A stretch of DNA of 64,000 bases from an uncultured Gemmatimonadales bacterium. GTDB lineage: Bacteria > Gemmatimonadota > Gemmatimonadetes > Longimicrobiales > RSA9. This document shows positions 1 to 9,558 of the stretch, piece by piece. A model generated the notes under the pieces. That model did not search any database and was not told the DNA's origin. It worked only from the letters and a program-made list of their open reading frames with translations. The first letter of the stretch is position 1, and each line of letters starts with the position of its first letter. The stretch lies in the NCBI GenBank assembly GCA_963708135.1, contig OY970192.1, positions 1,664,001-1,728,000 of the forward strand. Direction: 5' to 3'. Made by a program: the position numbers and the translations under genes.

Positions 1-135
1 AGGACCCTTGCCGGGTCGGTATGGCGTAGCGCGTGGCGGAGAAGCATGGGCGCGGCTCCGGGCTGCGGGGAGGGCGCCGGCGGCGCGAGGGGCCCGGCGA
101 AACCCCCGGCGCCGCCGGTCGCCCGCGGCAGGATG

Positions 136-177
136 AAGATGGCGGGCGGCGAGGCGAGCGCGCTATCAGAATCCTGC
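136..177 (-). promoter_or_regulatory. Bipartite promoter/operator element, copy 1 (putative AraC-dependent promoter for a gene running off the left edge)
   Basis: Minus strand GCAGGATTCTGATAGCGC-N15-CGCCATCTT. A near-identical copy with the same spacing lies at 2265-2306. Confidence 0.5.
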
Positions 178-1116
178 GCGGCCGGTTCGGGCGGGATTGC
201 CGGAGGCGTCGTCGAGGCGGCTGGCGAGCGCGCGGATCCGGCGCGACGAGGCGGCGCGCCTGAACTCGGAGGGGGTGATGGCGAACGCCTGGCGGAACGC
301 GGCCGTGAAGTGGCTGTGGCTGGAGAAGCCGAGGTCGAAGGCGACGCGGCTAAGGTCGGAGCCCCCGTCCGCGACGAGCTCGAGCGAGCGCCGCAGCCGG
401 AGCTGGTTGCGATAGCGATGGACCGTGGTGCCGAGCTCGCGCCGGAAGGCGCGGCAGAGCTGGAAGACGGAGCTGCCGGCGGCGCGGGCGAGCTCGTCGA
501 GGGAGGCGGCGCGGCGGAAGTTGGCGAGCAGGAACGAGCGGACGTTGTGAACGCGAGGGTCGCGCCGCGGCTCCTCGCCGGCGGACGGGAGGGCTTCGGC
601 GCGCGCGCAGGCCAGGCCGAGGAGGCGGCCGAGGAGGCGCACGACGGCCTCCTCCACCGGCAGCGGGTCGGGCGCCGGGGCCTCATGGACATGGCGCACG
701 ATCATGCGCTGGAGCGCGTAGGAGGCGGGATCGCTCGGGCCGTGGGTCAGGGCGAATGGGCGGTCCGGCCGGTCCGCCACCGACGGGTCGCGGGCGGCCA
801 CGATCTCGTGGAGCACGTCGGGGCGGACAGCGAACCAGTCGGAGGCGTCGCCGCGCGCATCCACGGCGCGCCGCAGGTAGCGCTGGCCGGCGTTGTAGTA
901 GGTGACCGTGCAGGGGTCGGCGGTGAACGGCCTGCCGGCCTCGTGCTGGATCTCGACGCTGGTCCGGGGAAACACGAAGATCGCGTCGGAGGTCGGGCCC
1001 GAGTCGTGGAAGCGCGGGTGGTCGACGGCCGCGCGGAACGCGCCGATCGTGACGAGGCCGGAGCCGAAGAGGGTGCGGTCGAGGGGCGGCGGCCCATCGT
1101 GGTGCTGCGGCTGCAT
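166..1116 (-). CDS. AraC family transcriptional regulator
   Basis: C-terminal double HTH (SLDELARAAGSSVFQLCRAFRRELG ... VAFDLGFSSHSHFTAAFRQAFAITPSEFR). Start placed at ATG 1116; the ORF track extends to 1146. Confidence 0.93.
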   Translation of the reverse strand: MQPQHHDGPPPLDRTLFGSGLVTIGAFRAAVDHPRFHDSGPTSDAIFVFPRTSVEIQHEAGRPFTADPCTVTYYNAGQRYLRRAVDARGDASDWFAVRPDVLHEIVAARDPSVADRPDRPFALTHGPSDPASYALQRMIVRHVHEAPAPDPLPVEEAVVRLLGRLLGLACARAEALPSAGEEPRRDPRVHNVRSFLLANFRRAASLDELARAAGSSVFQLCRAFRRELGTTVHRYRNQLRLRRSLELVADGGSDLSRVAFDLGFSSHSHFTAAFRQAFAITPSEFRRAASSRRIRALASRLDDASGNPARTGRAGF

Positions 1117-1190
1117 GGAGATTCCTCGCTGGCGGGAGAAGCCCACCCGATGAATATGGAACTCCGCCGGCTAGCGTAAGGGTCCCGCCG

Positions 1191-2261
1191 CTACCGCCTG
1201 AGCTGCTCCATCGTCCAGACCGTCGTCCAGCTCCCGCCGCGCGGGCGAGCCGCCAGCTCCCAGAGCACGGCGTCGCCGCGGCGGGCGAAACGGATGCGGC
1301 GCGCCGGGCCGCCCGGCGCACGCGGCGGCGCCTCGAACTCGCCCAGGCCGTCTGTGAAGGCGCCGCGGAACGGCGCGCCGAACGCGCCGGCGGCGGTGTC
1401 GATCCAGTAGATGCGCCAGCGCCCGGCGTCGGGGTCCCAGGCGCGCAGGCTGGCACCGCGGATCCGGTGCGGCGCCCGCATCCCTGCCCAGAAGTAGAGG
1501 ACCTCGCCCTGCCAGCTCTCCGCGAGCGCGCACGGTCCGGCACGGCTGACGACGGTGCGCGCCGGGAGCGGGCGGGCGGCCGCGTCGCCGGAGGCGAAGC
1601 GCTGGGCGATCGACCAGCGGCCGAGCCAGAAGTCGAAGCCGCCGGCGCCGCCGCCCCGGCAGCGCGCGGCTTCCGGGGTGGCCAGGTCCAGGGCGACGCG
1701 CCAGGCGCCGTTCTCCCGGATCCAGGCGGTCAGGTAGCGGCCGGCGGCGGGGGGCGGCCCGGCCCGCTCCGGCTCGATCCACCAGCGGCCGGCCGTGTAG
1801 CCGAGGGTATCGGGCCACAGCATGGCCGCGGTGTCCGGCTCCCAGCGGAAGCGCGGCCCCACCCGCTCGAGCATGGAGGCGACGGACTCCGCGACCGCGC
1901 GCGGCCCGACCACCTGCCGTCCCCGCCCGTCCTCCTTCCTTCCGCGCGCGGCCCAGACGGCGGCCCACGCCGCAGCGCCCCTCGCGCGGGAGTCGGCGGC
2001 GAACGCCCGGTCCGCGGCGATCAGCTCGTCCGGCGTGCCGGCGATCACATGGGTCGCAATCGAGGCCAGCGCGGCCGAATCGAGGCCCGGCGCGCGATCC
2101 GCGCCGCGGCCGCCGGCGCAGCCGACGGCGAACAGGACGGCGGCCGCGGCGAGGGTGGGGGAGAAGCAGCGCGACAGTGGCGCGGCGGTGCGCGTCGGAG
2201 GGTGTGCGCTCACGGGGCGGCTCGTGCGGACGGGGGTCGGGAGGTCACGGATCGGATCCAT
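1191..2261 (-). CDS. Putative lipoprotein with NTF2-like (DUF4440-type) domain and DUF1579-like C-terminal domain
   Basis: Lipobox-like AVGC. ADRAFAADSRARG..WEP..LGYTAGRW..GRYLTAW..GAWRV is an NTF2-like pattern, followed by FDFWLGRW ... WRIYWID. Start uncertain. Confidence 0.6.
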   Translation of the reverse strand: MDPIRDLPTPVRTSRPVSAHPPTRTAAPLSRCFSPTLAAAAVLFAVGCAGGRGADRAPGLDSAALASIATHVIAGTPDELIAADRAFAADSRARGAAAWAAVWAARGRKEDGRGRQVVGPRAVAESVASMLERVGPRFRWEPDTAAMLWPDTLGYTAGRWWIEPERAGPPPAAGRYLTAWIRENGAWRVALDLATPEAARCRGGGAGGFDFWLGRWSIAQRFASGDAAARPLPARTVVSRAGPCALAESWQGEVLYFWAGMRAPHRIRGASLRAWDPDAGRWRIYWIDTAAGAFGAPFRGAFTDGLGEFEAPPRAPGGPARRIRFARRGDAVLWELAARPRGGSWTTVWTMEQLRR

Positions 2262-2264
2262 CCA

Positions 2265-2306
2265 AAGATGGCGCCGCTCCCGGGCGCGGCGCTATCAGAA
2301 TCTTGC
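2265..2306 (-). promoter_or_regulatory. Bipartite promoter/operator element, copy 2
   Basis: Minus strand GCAAGATTCTGATAGCGC-N15-CGCCATCTT directly upstream of the 1191-2261 gene. Confidence 0.5.
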
Positions 2307-2316
2307 CCGGCGCCGC

Positions 2317-3411
2317 TCACGGCGCGGCGAGCGAGAGCGCCAGCGGCAGCCCAAGGAACCGGGCGTACTCCGCGGCCGCCGCCTCGACGGCCCCGATGCC
2401 CGCGGGGTCCAGCCGGCCGAACATCCGGACCTCCACCGACACGGCGTCGCGGGCAAGCGTGCGACGCCACACCCCCGCGATCCTGCCGTCGAGGGCGACG
2501 GTCGGGCCGAGCATACCGCCGCCGGCGTTCACGTGCGCGGCGTATATCGGCTCGAGGACCGCGCTCCGGTCCGTGTAGCCGACCAGGTACTCGTCGAACG
2601 CCGGGAGAAGCCGCGCGCGCGGCGGCCCCGCGGCTCCCGAGTCGTCCACGCCGCTCACCGGCGGTCCCGCCGCGCTCCAGTAGGTCCGGCCCTCGAGCTC
2701 GTGCCCGACGAAACGCTCCGCCGCCGTCTCCAGCGCGCGCCGGGCGTCGGCCGCCGGCAGGCCGGACCACCAGGCGAAATCCCGGACGGTGGCAGGGCCG
2801 CGCGCCGCGAAGTAGCGCGTCGCGAGCTCGGCCAGCGCGTCGTCGCCTTGAAGGGTGGTGCCGCCGGGGACCCACTCGTCCAGCAGGACGAACGTCTGCT
2901 GCTTGCCGCGGCGGGCGCCGAGGCAGATCAGGCCGTCCTGCGCGCAGCGCCACAGCAGGTGATAGGTGCGCTGGCCGGAGGGGTCGATGCCGGCGCCCGC
3001 CAGGACGGCGCGCATCTCGTCGCGGGTGAGGCCTCGCCCGCCTTCGAGCGCGCGCCCGAAGGCCTCGCCGGCGCGCGTGACCACGCGCTCGTCCAGTCCG
3101 AGCTGCGCCATCCGGCGGGCCGCGCGGGCCACGGCCCTCGGTGCCAGCCGTGCGAGCAGCCAGCGGACGTCCGCCGCGGGCACGAGGTGGAGCGTGCCGC
3201 GCATCGGCCAGGTGCGCACGATCGTTCGCGCGGCGATGGCCGCCTCGATCGTCGCCTCCGTGGCGTCCCGCGTCCGGAGCCCTACGGCCCAGAGCGAGGC
3301 GTGGTAGTCCTGGGCCTGCACGGCGCCCAGCCAGCCGACCGCCCCGCCCGCTCGCTCGAAGGGCGTGTGCGCGAGAAGCTGGTTGTGCCAACGCGATGTG
3401 GCGAGATCCAA
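2317..3411 (-). CDS. AlkZ/YcaQ-superfamily winged-helix DNA glycosylase-like protein (HTH_42)
   Basis: QAQD motif, VRTWPMRGTLHLV, YFAARGPATVRDFAWWSGL, LLPAFDEYLVGY. Confidence 0.85.
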   Translation of the reverse strand: MDLATSRWHNQLLAHTPFERAGGAVGWLGAVQAQDYHASLWAVGLRTRDATEATIEAAIAARTIVRTWPMRGTLHLVPAADVRWLLARLAPRAVARAARRMAQLGLDERVVTRAGEAFGRALEGGRGLTRDEMRAVLAGAGIDPSGQRTYHLLWRCAQDGLICLGARRGKQQTFVLLDEWVPGGTTLQGDDALAELATRYFAARGPATVRDFAWWSGLPAADARRALETAAERFVGHELEGRTYWSAAGPPVSGVDDSGAAGPPRARLLPAFDEYLVGYTDRSAVLEPIYAAHVNAGGGMLGPTVALDGRIAGVWRRTLARDAVSVEVRMFGRLDPAGIGAVEAAAAEYARFLGLPLALSLAAP

Positions 3412-3489
3412 CGCGGCCCCCGGTCGTGAGACGGGTGGAGCGGGCGGGCCGCAAGGTAGTCGCGGGCGAGTCGGCGAATCAACGGGCGG

Positions 3490-4137
3490 TCACCCCCGCC
3501 ACGCCTGCCGGTAGCCGACCCAGCAGTGCCACGCGGTCACGCCGACGATGCCGGTGGCGAAGATGCCCATGAAGAGCGTGCCCCAGCCGGGCAGTGAATG
3601 GGTCGTGAAGTTCGCGACCTGCTTCGTGCCCAGCACCGCGGGCATGAAGCCGGCGATGGTCACCGGCGCGTGCGGGTCCAGGTCGTGGCCGAAGACGTAG
3701 AGCTTGAAGACGAAGCGAGCCAGCGCGAACGCCGAGACGTAGGTCGTGAGGACCGTCAGGTCCACCAGCGTGCGCACGTTGCCGATGACCGCCGCGCGCA
3801 GCGTCAGGATGGCCAGCAGCCCGAGCGCGAACGGGATCCAGTCGAGGTCCGAGAGCTCGGCGCGGTTGATCTTGCGCATCCCAATGTAGTGGTTGAGCTC
3901 GTTGATCTCGTCAATGTCGTGGTTGTCGTGCCCGCCCGTCAGCCGGTAGCTGTAGATGTCCATGTACAGCCCGGTCGGGTACTGCGGCGCCTCCATGCTG
4001 ATGCGCCAGAGCGGCTTCGTGAAGCTGAGCGCCAGCGGCACCACGAGCAGGACCAGCAGGATGCGGCTGCGGAAGCGCAGCGGCTCGTTGAGGAAGGTCT
4101 CGAACCGGTCCACCAGGGACTGCATGCTCCTCTTCAT
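3490..4137 (-). CDS. nosB: NosB-like membrane protein of clade II nos clusters
   Basis: PLWRISMEAPQYPTGL, INELNHYIGM, GHDLDPHAP, LGTKQVANF motifs; about four TM segments; GGGAG RBS before ATG 4137. Confidence 0.85.
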   Translation of the reverse strand: MKRSMQSLVDRFETFLNEPLRFRSRILLVLLVVPLALSFTKPLWRISMEAPQYPTGLYMDIYSYRLTGGHDNHDIDEINELNHYIGMRKINRAELSDLDWIPFALGLLAILTLRAAVIGNVRTLVDLTVLTTYVSAFALARFVFKLYVFGHDLDPHAPVTIAGFMPAVLGTKQVANFTTHSLPGWGTLFMGIFATGIVGVTAWHCWVGYRQAWRG

Positions 4138-4198
4138 GTATCGACTCCCATCTATTTTCTGAGCAACGACTTGGCTCGTGTCACATCTTCGGTCGCCT

Positions 4199-5221
4199 TC
4201 ACACCAGGTCGCCACGGCGGATGCCGCGCCAGCCCAGCCACCAGGACAGCGTTCCCACCACCACCGGCCACGCCACGCCCACCACGAACAGCAGGCGCGT
4301 GCCCAGGTGCCGCGCCAGGAAATAGCCGACGGGTCCGAGGGTGCCGAGCCCCGGCTCCGCCGCGGACAGCAGCGCCAGGCGCGCCGCTTCCACAGGGTTC
4401 ACCGCGGCGAGGGCGAACACGGCGGGCGCGGGCACCTGCCACTCGAGCATGACGCCGATCAGCGCGAAGTCGAGCAGCGCCACGCCGAGCACCCAGACCA
4501 GGAGCACGGCGATCATGGCGCGGGCCGGCTCGCGGATGCGGACCGAGAGCGCGAGCCCGATGCCGGCAAAGCTCCACAGCAGCGCGGCGCTCACGGCCAG
4601 GCCGCGGCCGAGGAAACCCCATGGCACCGGCTGTCCGAACGCCAGCGCGCCGCCCAGGGCGAGCCCGGGAAGCAGCACGAGAAGCGGCAGGAGCAGGCTT
4701 CCCACGCGGACGAGCGTCACCGCCGCGTAGTAGTCCGCGCGGGTGACCGGATGGCTGAAGAGCAGCTCGAGGGTGCCGTCCTCGCGGGCACGGTTGACCA
4801 CCAGCCCGGTTCCGGTGAGGGCGAGGAGCGGCAGCAGCAGCACGAGCGCGTGCGTGAGCGAGAGCAGCACCCGGTCCATGCCAGTGAAGCCGAGGACGTC
4901 CGACTCGCGCAGCCCGACGACCACGAAGAGCGCCGCGAGCACGCCGTAGAGGCCGGCGCAGAAGAGCAGCCAGCGCGAGCGGAGCACCTCGCCGAGCTCC
5001 AGCCTGGCGAGCGCGGCCACCCGCGTCCAGGACGAGGTCGAGTCCTCCGCCCCGGCACGGCTGTCCGCCTCCGGCGACGTCACGGCCGCATCGGCTCCGG
5101 CGTTGCGCCGCTCCGTCTCCGCACGGCCCGCCCGCGGCCCGTCCGGCGCTGTGGTCCTGCGTCCGCGATCCCTGGCGCCGTGGGCGTCGAAGGTGAAGCG
5201 GGCCAGATCGACGGTTTCCAT
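4199..5221 (-). CDS. nosY: ABC transporter permease NosY
   Basis: REDGTLELLFSHPVTR and NPVEAARLALL; multiple TM helices; start overlaps the nosF stop (TGATG). Confidence 0.85.
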   Translation of the reverse strand: METVDLARFTFDAHGARDRGRRTTAPDGPRAGRAETERRNAGADAAVTSPEADSRAGAEDSTSSWTRVAALARLELGEVLRSRWLLFCAGLYGVLAALFVVVGLRESDVLGFTGMDRVLLSLTHALVLLLPLLALTGTGLVVNRAREDGTLELLFSHPVTRADYYAAVTLVRVGSLLLPLLVLLPGLALGGALAFGQPVPWGFLGRGLAVSAALLWSFAGIGLALSVRIREPARAMIAVLLVWVLGVALLDFALIGVMLEWQVPAPAVFALAAVNPVEAARLALLSAAEPGLGTLGPVGYFLARHLGTRLLFVVGVAWPVVVGTLSWWLGWRGIRRGDLV

Positions 5222-5883
5222 CAGCGTGCCTCCGCCCGCCAGGTGTCCACGTGCGTGTCCATCGCGACGCGGCCATCCTCGAGGCCCACGACGCGGTCCA
5301 CCAGCCGGCGCACCTCGTCCAGCCGGTGCGAGCTGAGCAGCAGCGTGGCGCCCGCCGCGCGCTCCTCGAAGAGCGTGAAGAAGGCCTCGCGCGTGTGGGC
5401 ATCCAGGCTGGCCGTGGGCTCGTCCATGATCAGGAGGGAGACGGGGGCCGCGAGCGCCAGCGCGATGAGCAACTTCTGCTTCATGCCCCCCGAGAGCGCC
5501 CGGACCGGCCGCTTCGCCACGACGTCGAGGTCGAGGCCGAGGCGGTCGGCCACGACACGGATCTCCGTGCCGGGGAGCCCGCGCAGCCGCGCCACGGCGC
5601 GCACCACCTCGCCCACGCTGGCGCCCAGCTGCGGCGCGGCCTGCGGCACGCAGGCCATGTGGGAGGCCAGCCGCGTGCGGTGCGCGAACGGGTCGCGCCC
5701 ATCCAGGCGCACCTGCCCCTCGCAGCGCAGGACGCCCATCACGGCACGGACGAGCGTGGACTTGCCGGAGCCGTTCGGCCCCACCAGACCCACCCGGCCG
5801 CCGGCGGGCACGCACAGGGAGATGCCCCTGAGCGCCTTCACGTCCTCGAAGCTCTTGCGAACCTCTTCCAGCTCGATGCGCAC
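5221..5883 (-). CDS. nosF: ABC transporter ATP-binding protein NosF
   Basis: Walker A GPNGSGKST, signature LSGGMKQK, Walker B LLIMDEPT; lies between nosD and nosY; GTG start just after the nosD stop. Confidence 0.88.
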   Translation of the reverse strand: MRIELEEVRKSFEDVKALRGISLCVPAGGRVGLVGPNGSGKSTLVRAVMGVLRCEGQVRLDGRDPFAHRTRLASHMACVPQAAPQLGASVGEVVRAVARLRGLPGTEIRVVADRLGLDLDVVAKRPVRALSGGMKQKLLIALALAAPVSLLIMDEPTASLDAHTREAFFTLFEERAAGATLLLSSHRLDEVRRLVDRVVGLEDGRVAMDTHVDTWRAEAR

Positions 5884-5884
5884 G

Positions 5885-7453
5885 TCAGCCCTCCCGCCGG
5901 CCCGCTCCGGGGCCGGGATCACGGTTCGCGTTCAGCCCGCTGGCGCGGGCGCCCGGGCGGAGCTCCAGGGCGCTTCCGCGGGTCCACGGCGGCTGCCGCG
6001 TGCGGGGGCGCGGATCCACGAGCAGAGTCTCGGGCTGGAGCAGCGGCAGCACCTCCGCCGCCACGTCCACGAGCCCCAGCGCCACCGTGCCGCGGAAGAA
6101 CCGGAGCGACGGGTGGTCGGAGACCAGGCGCGCGGAGAGGCTGCGCGGCGCGTAGGGCACGTCACCGACGCCGTCGCCATCCAGGTCGTAGCCGCGGTAG
6201 TCGTCGAAGTAGTTGCCGTCCCAGGTCACGCCGCGGGCGTTGCCCCGCCCTTCCACGGCGACCTGCGCATCGTTGTAGCGGAAGATGTTGTCGGTGAAGA
6301 CGTTCCGCGTCTCGCTGCTGTGGAACGTGACCGCCGCGCCATCCAGCGTGAACGTGTTGCGGCGTACCCACACGGAGTCGCCCGCGCGGAACGGGCTGGT
6401 GTCCAGGTAGAGGCCCTGGTTGTCCCCCGCGAAGAGGTTGTCCTCCACCCGGAGGTTGCCCGACTCCTTCACGCCGAGCCCCATGCCGTCGGAGACCGTG
6501 TTGTCCGCGAAGACGTTCCGGCGCAGCGTGAGGTCGTGCGAGTACATGACGAACACCCCCACAATGTTGCCGCGGTAGTCGTTGTCCTCCACCACGCAGT
6601 CGCTCGAGTACATGAAGTGGTTGGCGTAGCGGCTGCGGCGCACGTCGTTGCGCGCCAGCACGTTGTCCGGCGAGTACCAGACGACTATGTCGCGCGAGTC
6701 GCGCACCCGGTTGCCCTCGATCCGGGAGCCGCGCACCTCCCAGATGCGGATGCCATCGCCGCGGATGCCCACGGGCGTGGCCGGGTCGCCGGCGATGTCG
6801 TTGTCCGCGAACACGACGCCGTGGGACTGCTCGGCCACGAGCCCGAACAGCGCATGGCGCACGGCCAGCCCGCGGGCCTCGACGCTGTCGGCGTGGACGT
6901 AGACGGCCGCGTCCATCTTGTCGTAGCGCTGACCGCTGCCGTCCACCGTGAAGCCGCGCAGCACGGCGTGCGCAGACTCGACGACGATCGTCCGGCCCTG
7001 CCCGTCCGAGCGCACCACCGCGCTCCGGGGTCCGGCCAGCGTGAGCGCCGCGCGAATCGCGAGCGGCCCCGCGTAGGTGCCGGGGGCCAGGCAGAGCACG
7101 GCGCCGGCGCGGGCGGAATCCAGGAGCGGCTGGAGCGCCGTGCCGGCGGGTACGAGGCGGCCGTCCGCCGGGCAGGAGGAGGCCGCCGCGGCCCCGTCAT
7201 CGGCCGCAAGAGCGCCGCCGCGAGCCACGCCTGGCGGGACGCCGGACCGCGCGCCGGCCGGGCGGCCCGCGGGCGCCGGCAGAGCGCGGATGGGTGCGTC
7301 GCCTGATACGGGGCTCACCCCGCCCGGCGAGGCCGTGAGCGCCAGCCCGCCGGCGAGGAGGATCCCCGCGGCTCGGCCGGCGTGCCGGCCGGACCGGCGC
7401 GTGGCCCGGCCCGCACGTGGGCCGGATCGGCTGCTCGAGCTGGAGTGGATCAT
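5885..7453 (-). CDS. nosD: Nitrous oxide reductase maturation protein NosD
   Basis: Beta-helix repeats, RGDGIRIWE, SRYANHFMYS, GNYFDDYRGYDLDGDGVGDVPY; immediately downstream of nosZ. Start uncertain. Confidence 0.92.
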   Translation of the reverse strand: MIHSSSSSRSGPRAGRATRRSGRHAGRAAGILLAGGLALTASPGGVSPVSGDAPIRALPAPAGRPAGARSGVPPGVARGGALAADDGAAAASSCPADGRLVPAGTALQPLLDSARAGAVLCLAPGTYAGPLAIRAALTLAGPRSAVVRSDGQGRTIVVESAHAVLRGFTVDGSGQRYDKMDAAVYVHADSVEARGLAVRHALFGLVAEQSHGVVFADNDIAGDPATPVGIRGDGIRIWEVRGSRIEGNRVRDSRDIVVWYSPDNVLARNDVRRSRYANHFMYSSDCVVEDNDYRGNIVGVFVMYSHDLTLRRNVFADNTVSDGMGLGVKESGNLRVEDNLFAGDNQGLYLDTSPFRAGDSVWVRRNTFTLDGAAVTFHSSETRNVFTDNIFRYNDAQVAVEGRGNARGVTWDGNYFDDYRGYDLDGDGVGDVPYAPRSLSARLVSDHPSLRFFRGTVALGLVDVAAEVLPLLQPETLLVDPRPRTRQPPWTRGSALELRPGARASGLNANRDPGPGAGRREG

Positions 7454-7519
7454 CCGGTTCTTCTCCCGTGGTCGGGCGCCCGGGCCGGCCGCATCGCCGG
7501 CCCGGAACGCCGGGCGGTA

Positions 7520-9484
7520 CTACTTCCCCGCCGGCTTGACCATGAAGTAGCCCATCATCTCGAGGTGCAGCGCCGAGCAGAACTCGGTGCAGTAGTAGGG
7601 GAACACGCCGGGCTTGTCGGCCACGATGGTGGCGTCGGCGGTCTTCCCGGGCTCGAGGCTGAGGTTGACGTCGTAGCGGTCGATGCCGAACCCGTGGGTG
7701 GCGTCCGGCGTCTGCTCGAGGTTGGTGAGATGGAAGTGCACCGTGTCGCCCTGCTCCACGGTGACGGCGTCGGGCTTGATGTGGCTGCGCACCTCCGTGA
7801 CGACCACGTCCACGCGCTTGCCATGCCGCTCGATGCGCGCATCGGTCTCGGCCTTCGCGGCCCACGGATCGATCTGGTGGCTGACCGCGTTCTCGCCGGG
7901 CGAGTAGAGCTGCGTCGGCTTCAGCTTGTCCGCGCTGATGATCTGCGCGTAGTGCGGCTCGCCGAGCCCGATCGGCAGGTCGTAGAGCAGCTGCATCGGA
8001 GACGTCGTCGCATCGATCAGCTGCATGTTCTGCGGCAGCAGCGGCCCCACGTTGTTGAAGCGGTCGATCGACCACTTGTCGAGCGCGATCACGTAGTGCC
8101 CCTTCGGGTGCTCCGTGTCACCCTCGGGCGTAGCCAGGTGGCCGATGTTGTAGTGCACCGGGATCTTCTCGATCACCTTCATGTCGGCAAGCGACCACTT
8201 GGCGATCTTCGACTCGATGAACAGCGAGGTGTAGCCGTTGCCCTGGTCGTCCCACTGCGTGTGCAGCGGCCCGAGGCCGAGCTCGACCTGCCCGTGCAGC
8301 GCCGTCCGGAAGCCGATGATCGGCACGCCGTACGGGTCCTTGCCCTCGAAGTTCTTCGCGTCGATCGCCTGCTTGATCTTCGCCCAGTCGTAGACGGTCT
8401 CGTGCGTGTCCAGCTTGCCGGAGACCGCCAGGTACTTGCCGTCCGGCGTCACATCCACGCCGTGCGGGCTCTTCGGCTCCGGCACGAAGTAGAGCAGCCC
8501 CTCCGCCTCGGAGACGTCCAGCGGGATCACCTTCACGCCCTGGATGGTCTTCGTCTTCCCCGACTGCGCGGCCACCGCTGCCGCCTTCCGCCAGTCGATC
8601 ACGTGCAGGTAGTCCATGTCGTTCTGCGACGCGCCCGACTCGAGCGGCGGCTTGCCGTCCATGTCGCCGCCCGTGGCCCGCTCCGTGTCGAACGAGTTGA
8701 TGAACGCCCAGCCGTCGCTGGCCAGCTTGCCCGCGTCCGAGAGGTCCTGCATGTAGGGCGGCAGCTCCATGGCGAACGACTTCGTGGGGTCGATCTTCCC
8801 CGCCGCGCGGTCGAACTTCCAGAACATCACCGCGCCCCGGTACCTGTCGTTGTAGTCGCCGAGCGGCGCGTAGCTGCCGTCCAGCGGCACGGGGTACTGC
8901 CCGCCCTCGATGACGTAGTCCGTATTGGGCGTGACGAACGAGCCGCCGTGGTCCGTGCCCAGCAGCGGCGAGTGCACGATCTGCTGCGTCACGAAGTCCT
9001 TCAGGTTGATCACCGCGATGCGCGCGTTCGCCTTGTCGTTGATGAACAGGAATTGCCCGTCGTAGTCGCCGTTCGTTTCGCTCAGCGCCGGGTGATGGCT
9101 GTCCCCCCACCCGAGCGGATGCCCCTTCGGGGAGCTCGACGCCAGCAGCGCCTTCGACTGGTCGTCGAAGCCATAGCCCTGCCACGGCTCCGGCGTGAAG
9201 ACCGCGATGTACTTGAGGATCCGCATGCTCGGGATCCCGATCACCAGCACCTGCCCGCTGTGCCCGCCCGACGCGAACATGACGAACGGGTCCGGACGCC
9301 CGGTCGGCGTGTACGTCTTGAGCGCCGCCGTCACGTCCGCCTCCGTCAGGTTGCGCGCCTTCATCAGCGCCTGCACCGACGCTCCGCCCGAGCCCGACTT
9401 CCCGCCACCGCACCCCGCCAGCAGCACCGCGCCGACCACCGCCCCCAGCGCCGCGAGCCCGACGCGCATCCGTGAAGCCCCCAT
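7520..9484 (-). CDS. nosZ: Sec-dependent (clade II) nitrous oxide reductase, lipoprotein type
   Basis: SGGHSGQ; CuZ His motifs DSHH, DHGG, SPHG, GPLH, NIGH, EPH; CuA ATHGF...YCTEFCSALHLEM; signal ending LAGC with no twin-Arg; AAGGAGG RBS. Confidence 0.97.
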   Translation of the reverse strand: MGASRMRVGLAALGAVVGAVLLAGCGGGKSGSGGASVQALMKARNLTEADVTAALKTYTPTGRPDPFVMFASGGHSGQVLVIGIPSMRILKYIAVFTPEPWQGYGFDDQSKALLASSSPKGHPLGWGDSHHPALSETNGDYDGQFLFINDKANARIAVINLKDFVTQQIVHSPLLGTDHGGSFVTPNTDYVIEGGQYPVPLDGSYAPLGDYNDRYRGAVMFWKFDRAAGKIDPTKSFAMELPPYMQDLSDAGKLASDGWAFINSFDTERATGGDMDGKPPLESGASQNDMDYLHVIDWRKAAAVAAQSGKTKTIQGVKVIPLDVSEAEGLLYFVPEPKSPHGVDVTPDGKYLAVSGKLDTHETVYDWAKIKQAIDAKNFEGKDPYGVPIIGFRTALHGQVELGLGPLHTQWDDQGNGYTSLFIESKIAKWSLADMKVIEKIPVHYNIGHLATPEGDTEHPKGHYVIALDKWSIDRFNNVGPLLPQNMQLIDATTSPMQLLYDLPIGLGEPHYAQIISADKLKPTQLYSPGENAVSHQIDPWAAKAETDARIERHGKRVDVVVTEVRSHIKPDAVTVEQGDTVHFHLTNLEQTPDATHGFGIDRYDVNLSLEPGKTADATIVADKPGVFPYYCTEFCSALHLEMMGYFMVKPAGK

Positions 9485-9558
9485 CAGCTCCCTCCTTGTC
9501 TCATTCGACCATGTGCCTACCGGCACCCACCGCCCCCTGCGGCGGCCGGACGCCCGCC

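Noticed and set aside
4178..9475. Very long plus-strand ORFs (4178-7306, 7382-9475) and many similar antisense ORFs across the window
   Set aside because: They are shadows of real minus-strand genes. They are Arg/Ala/Gly-rich with no motifs, as expected from stop-codon scarcity at high GC.
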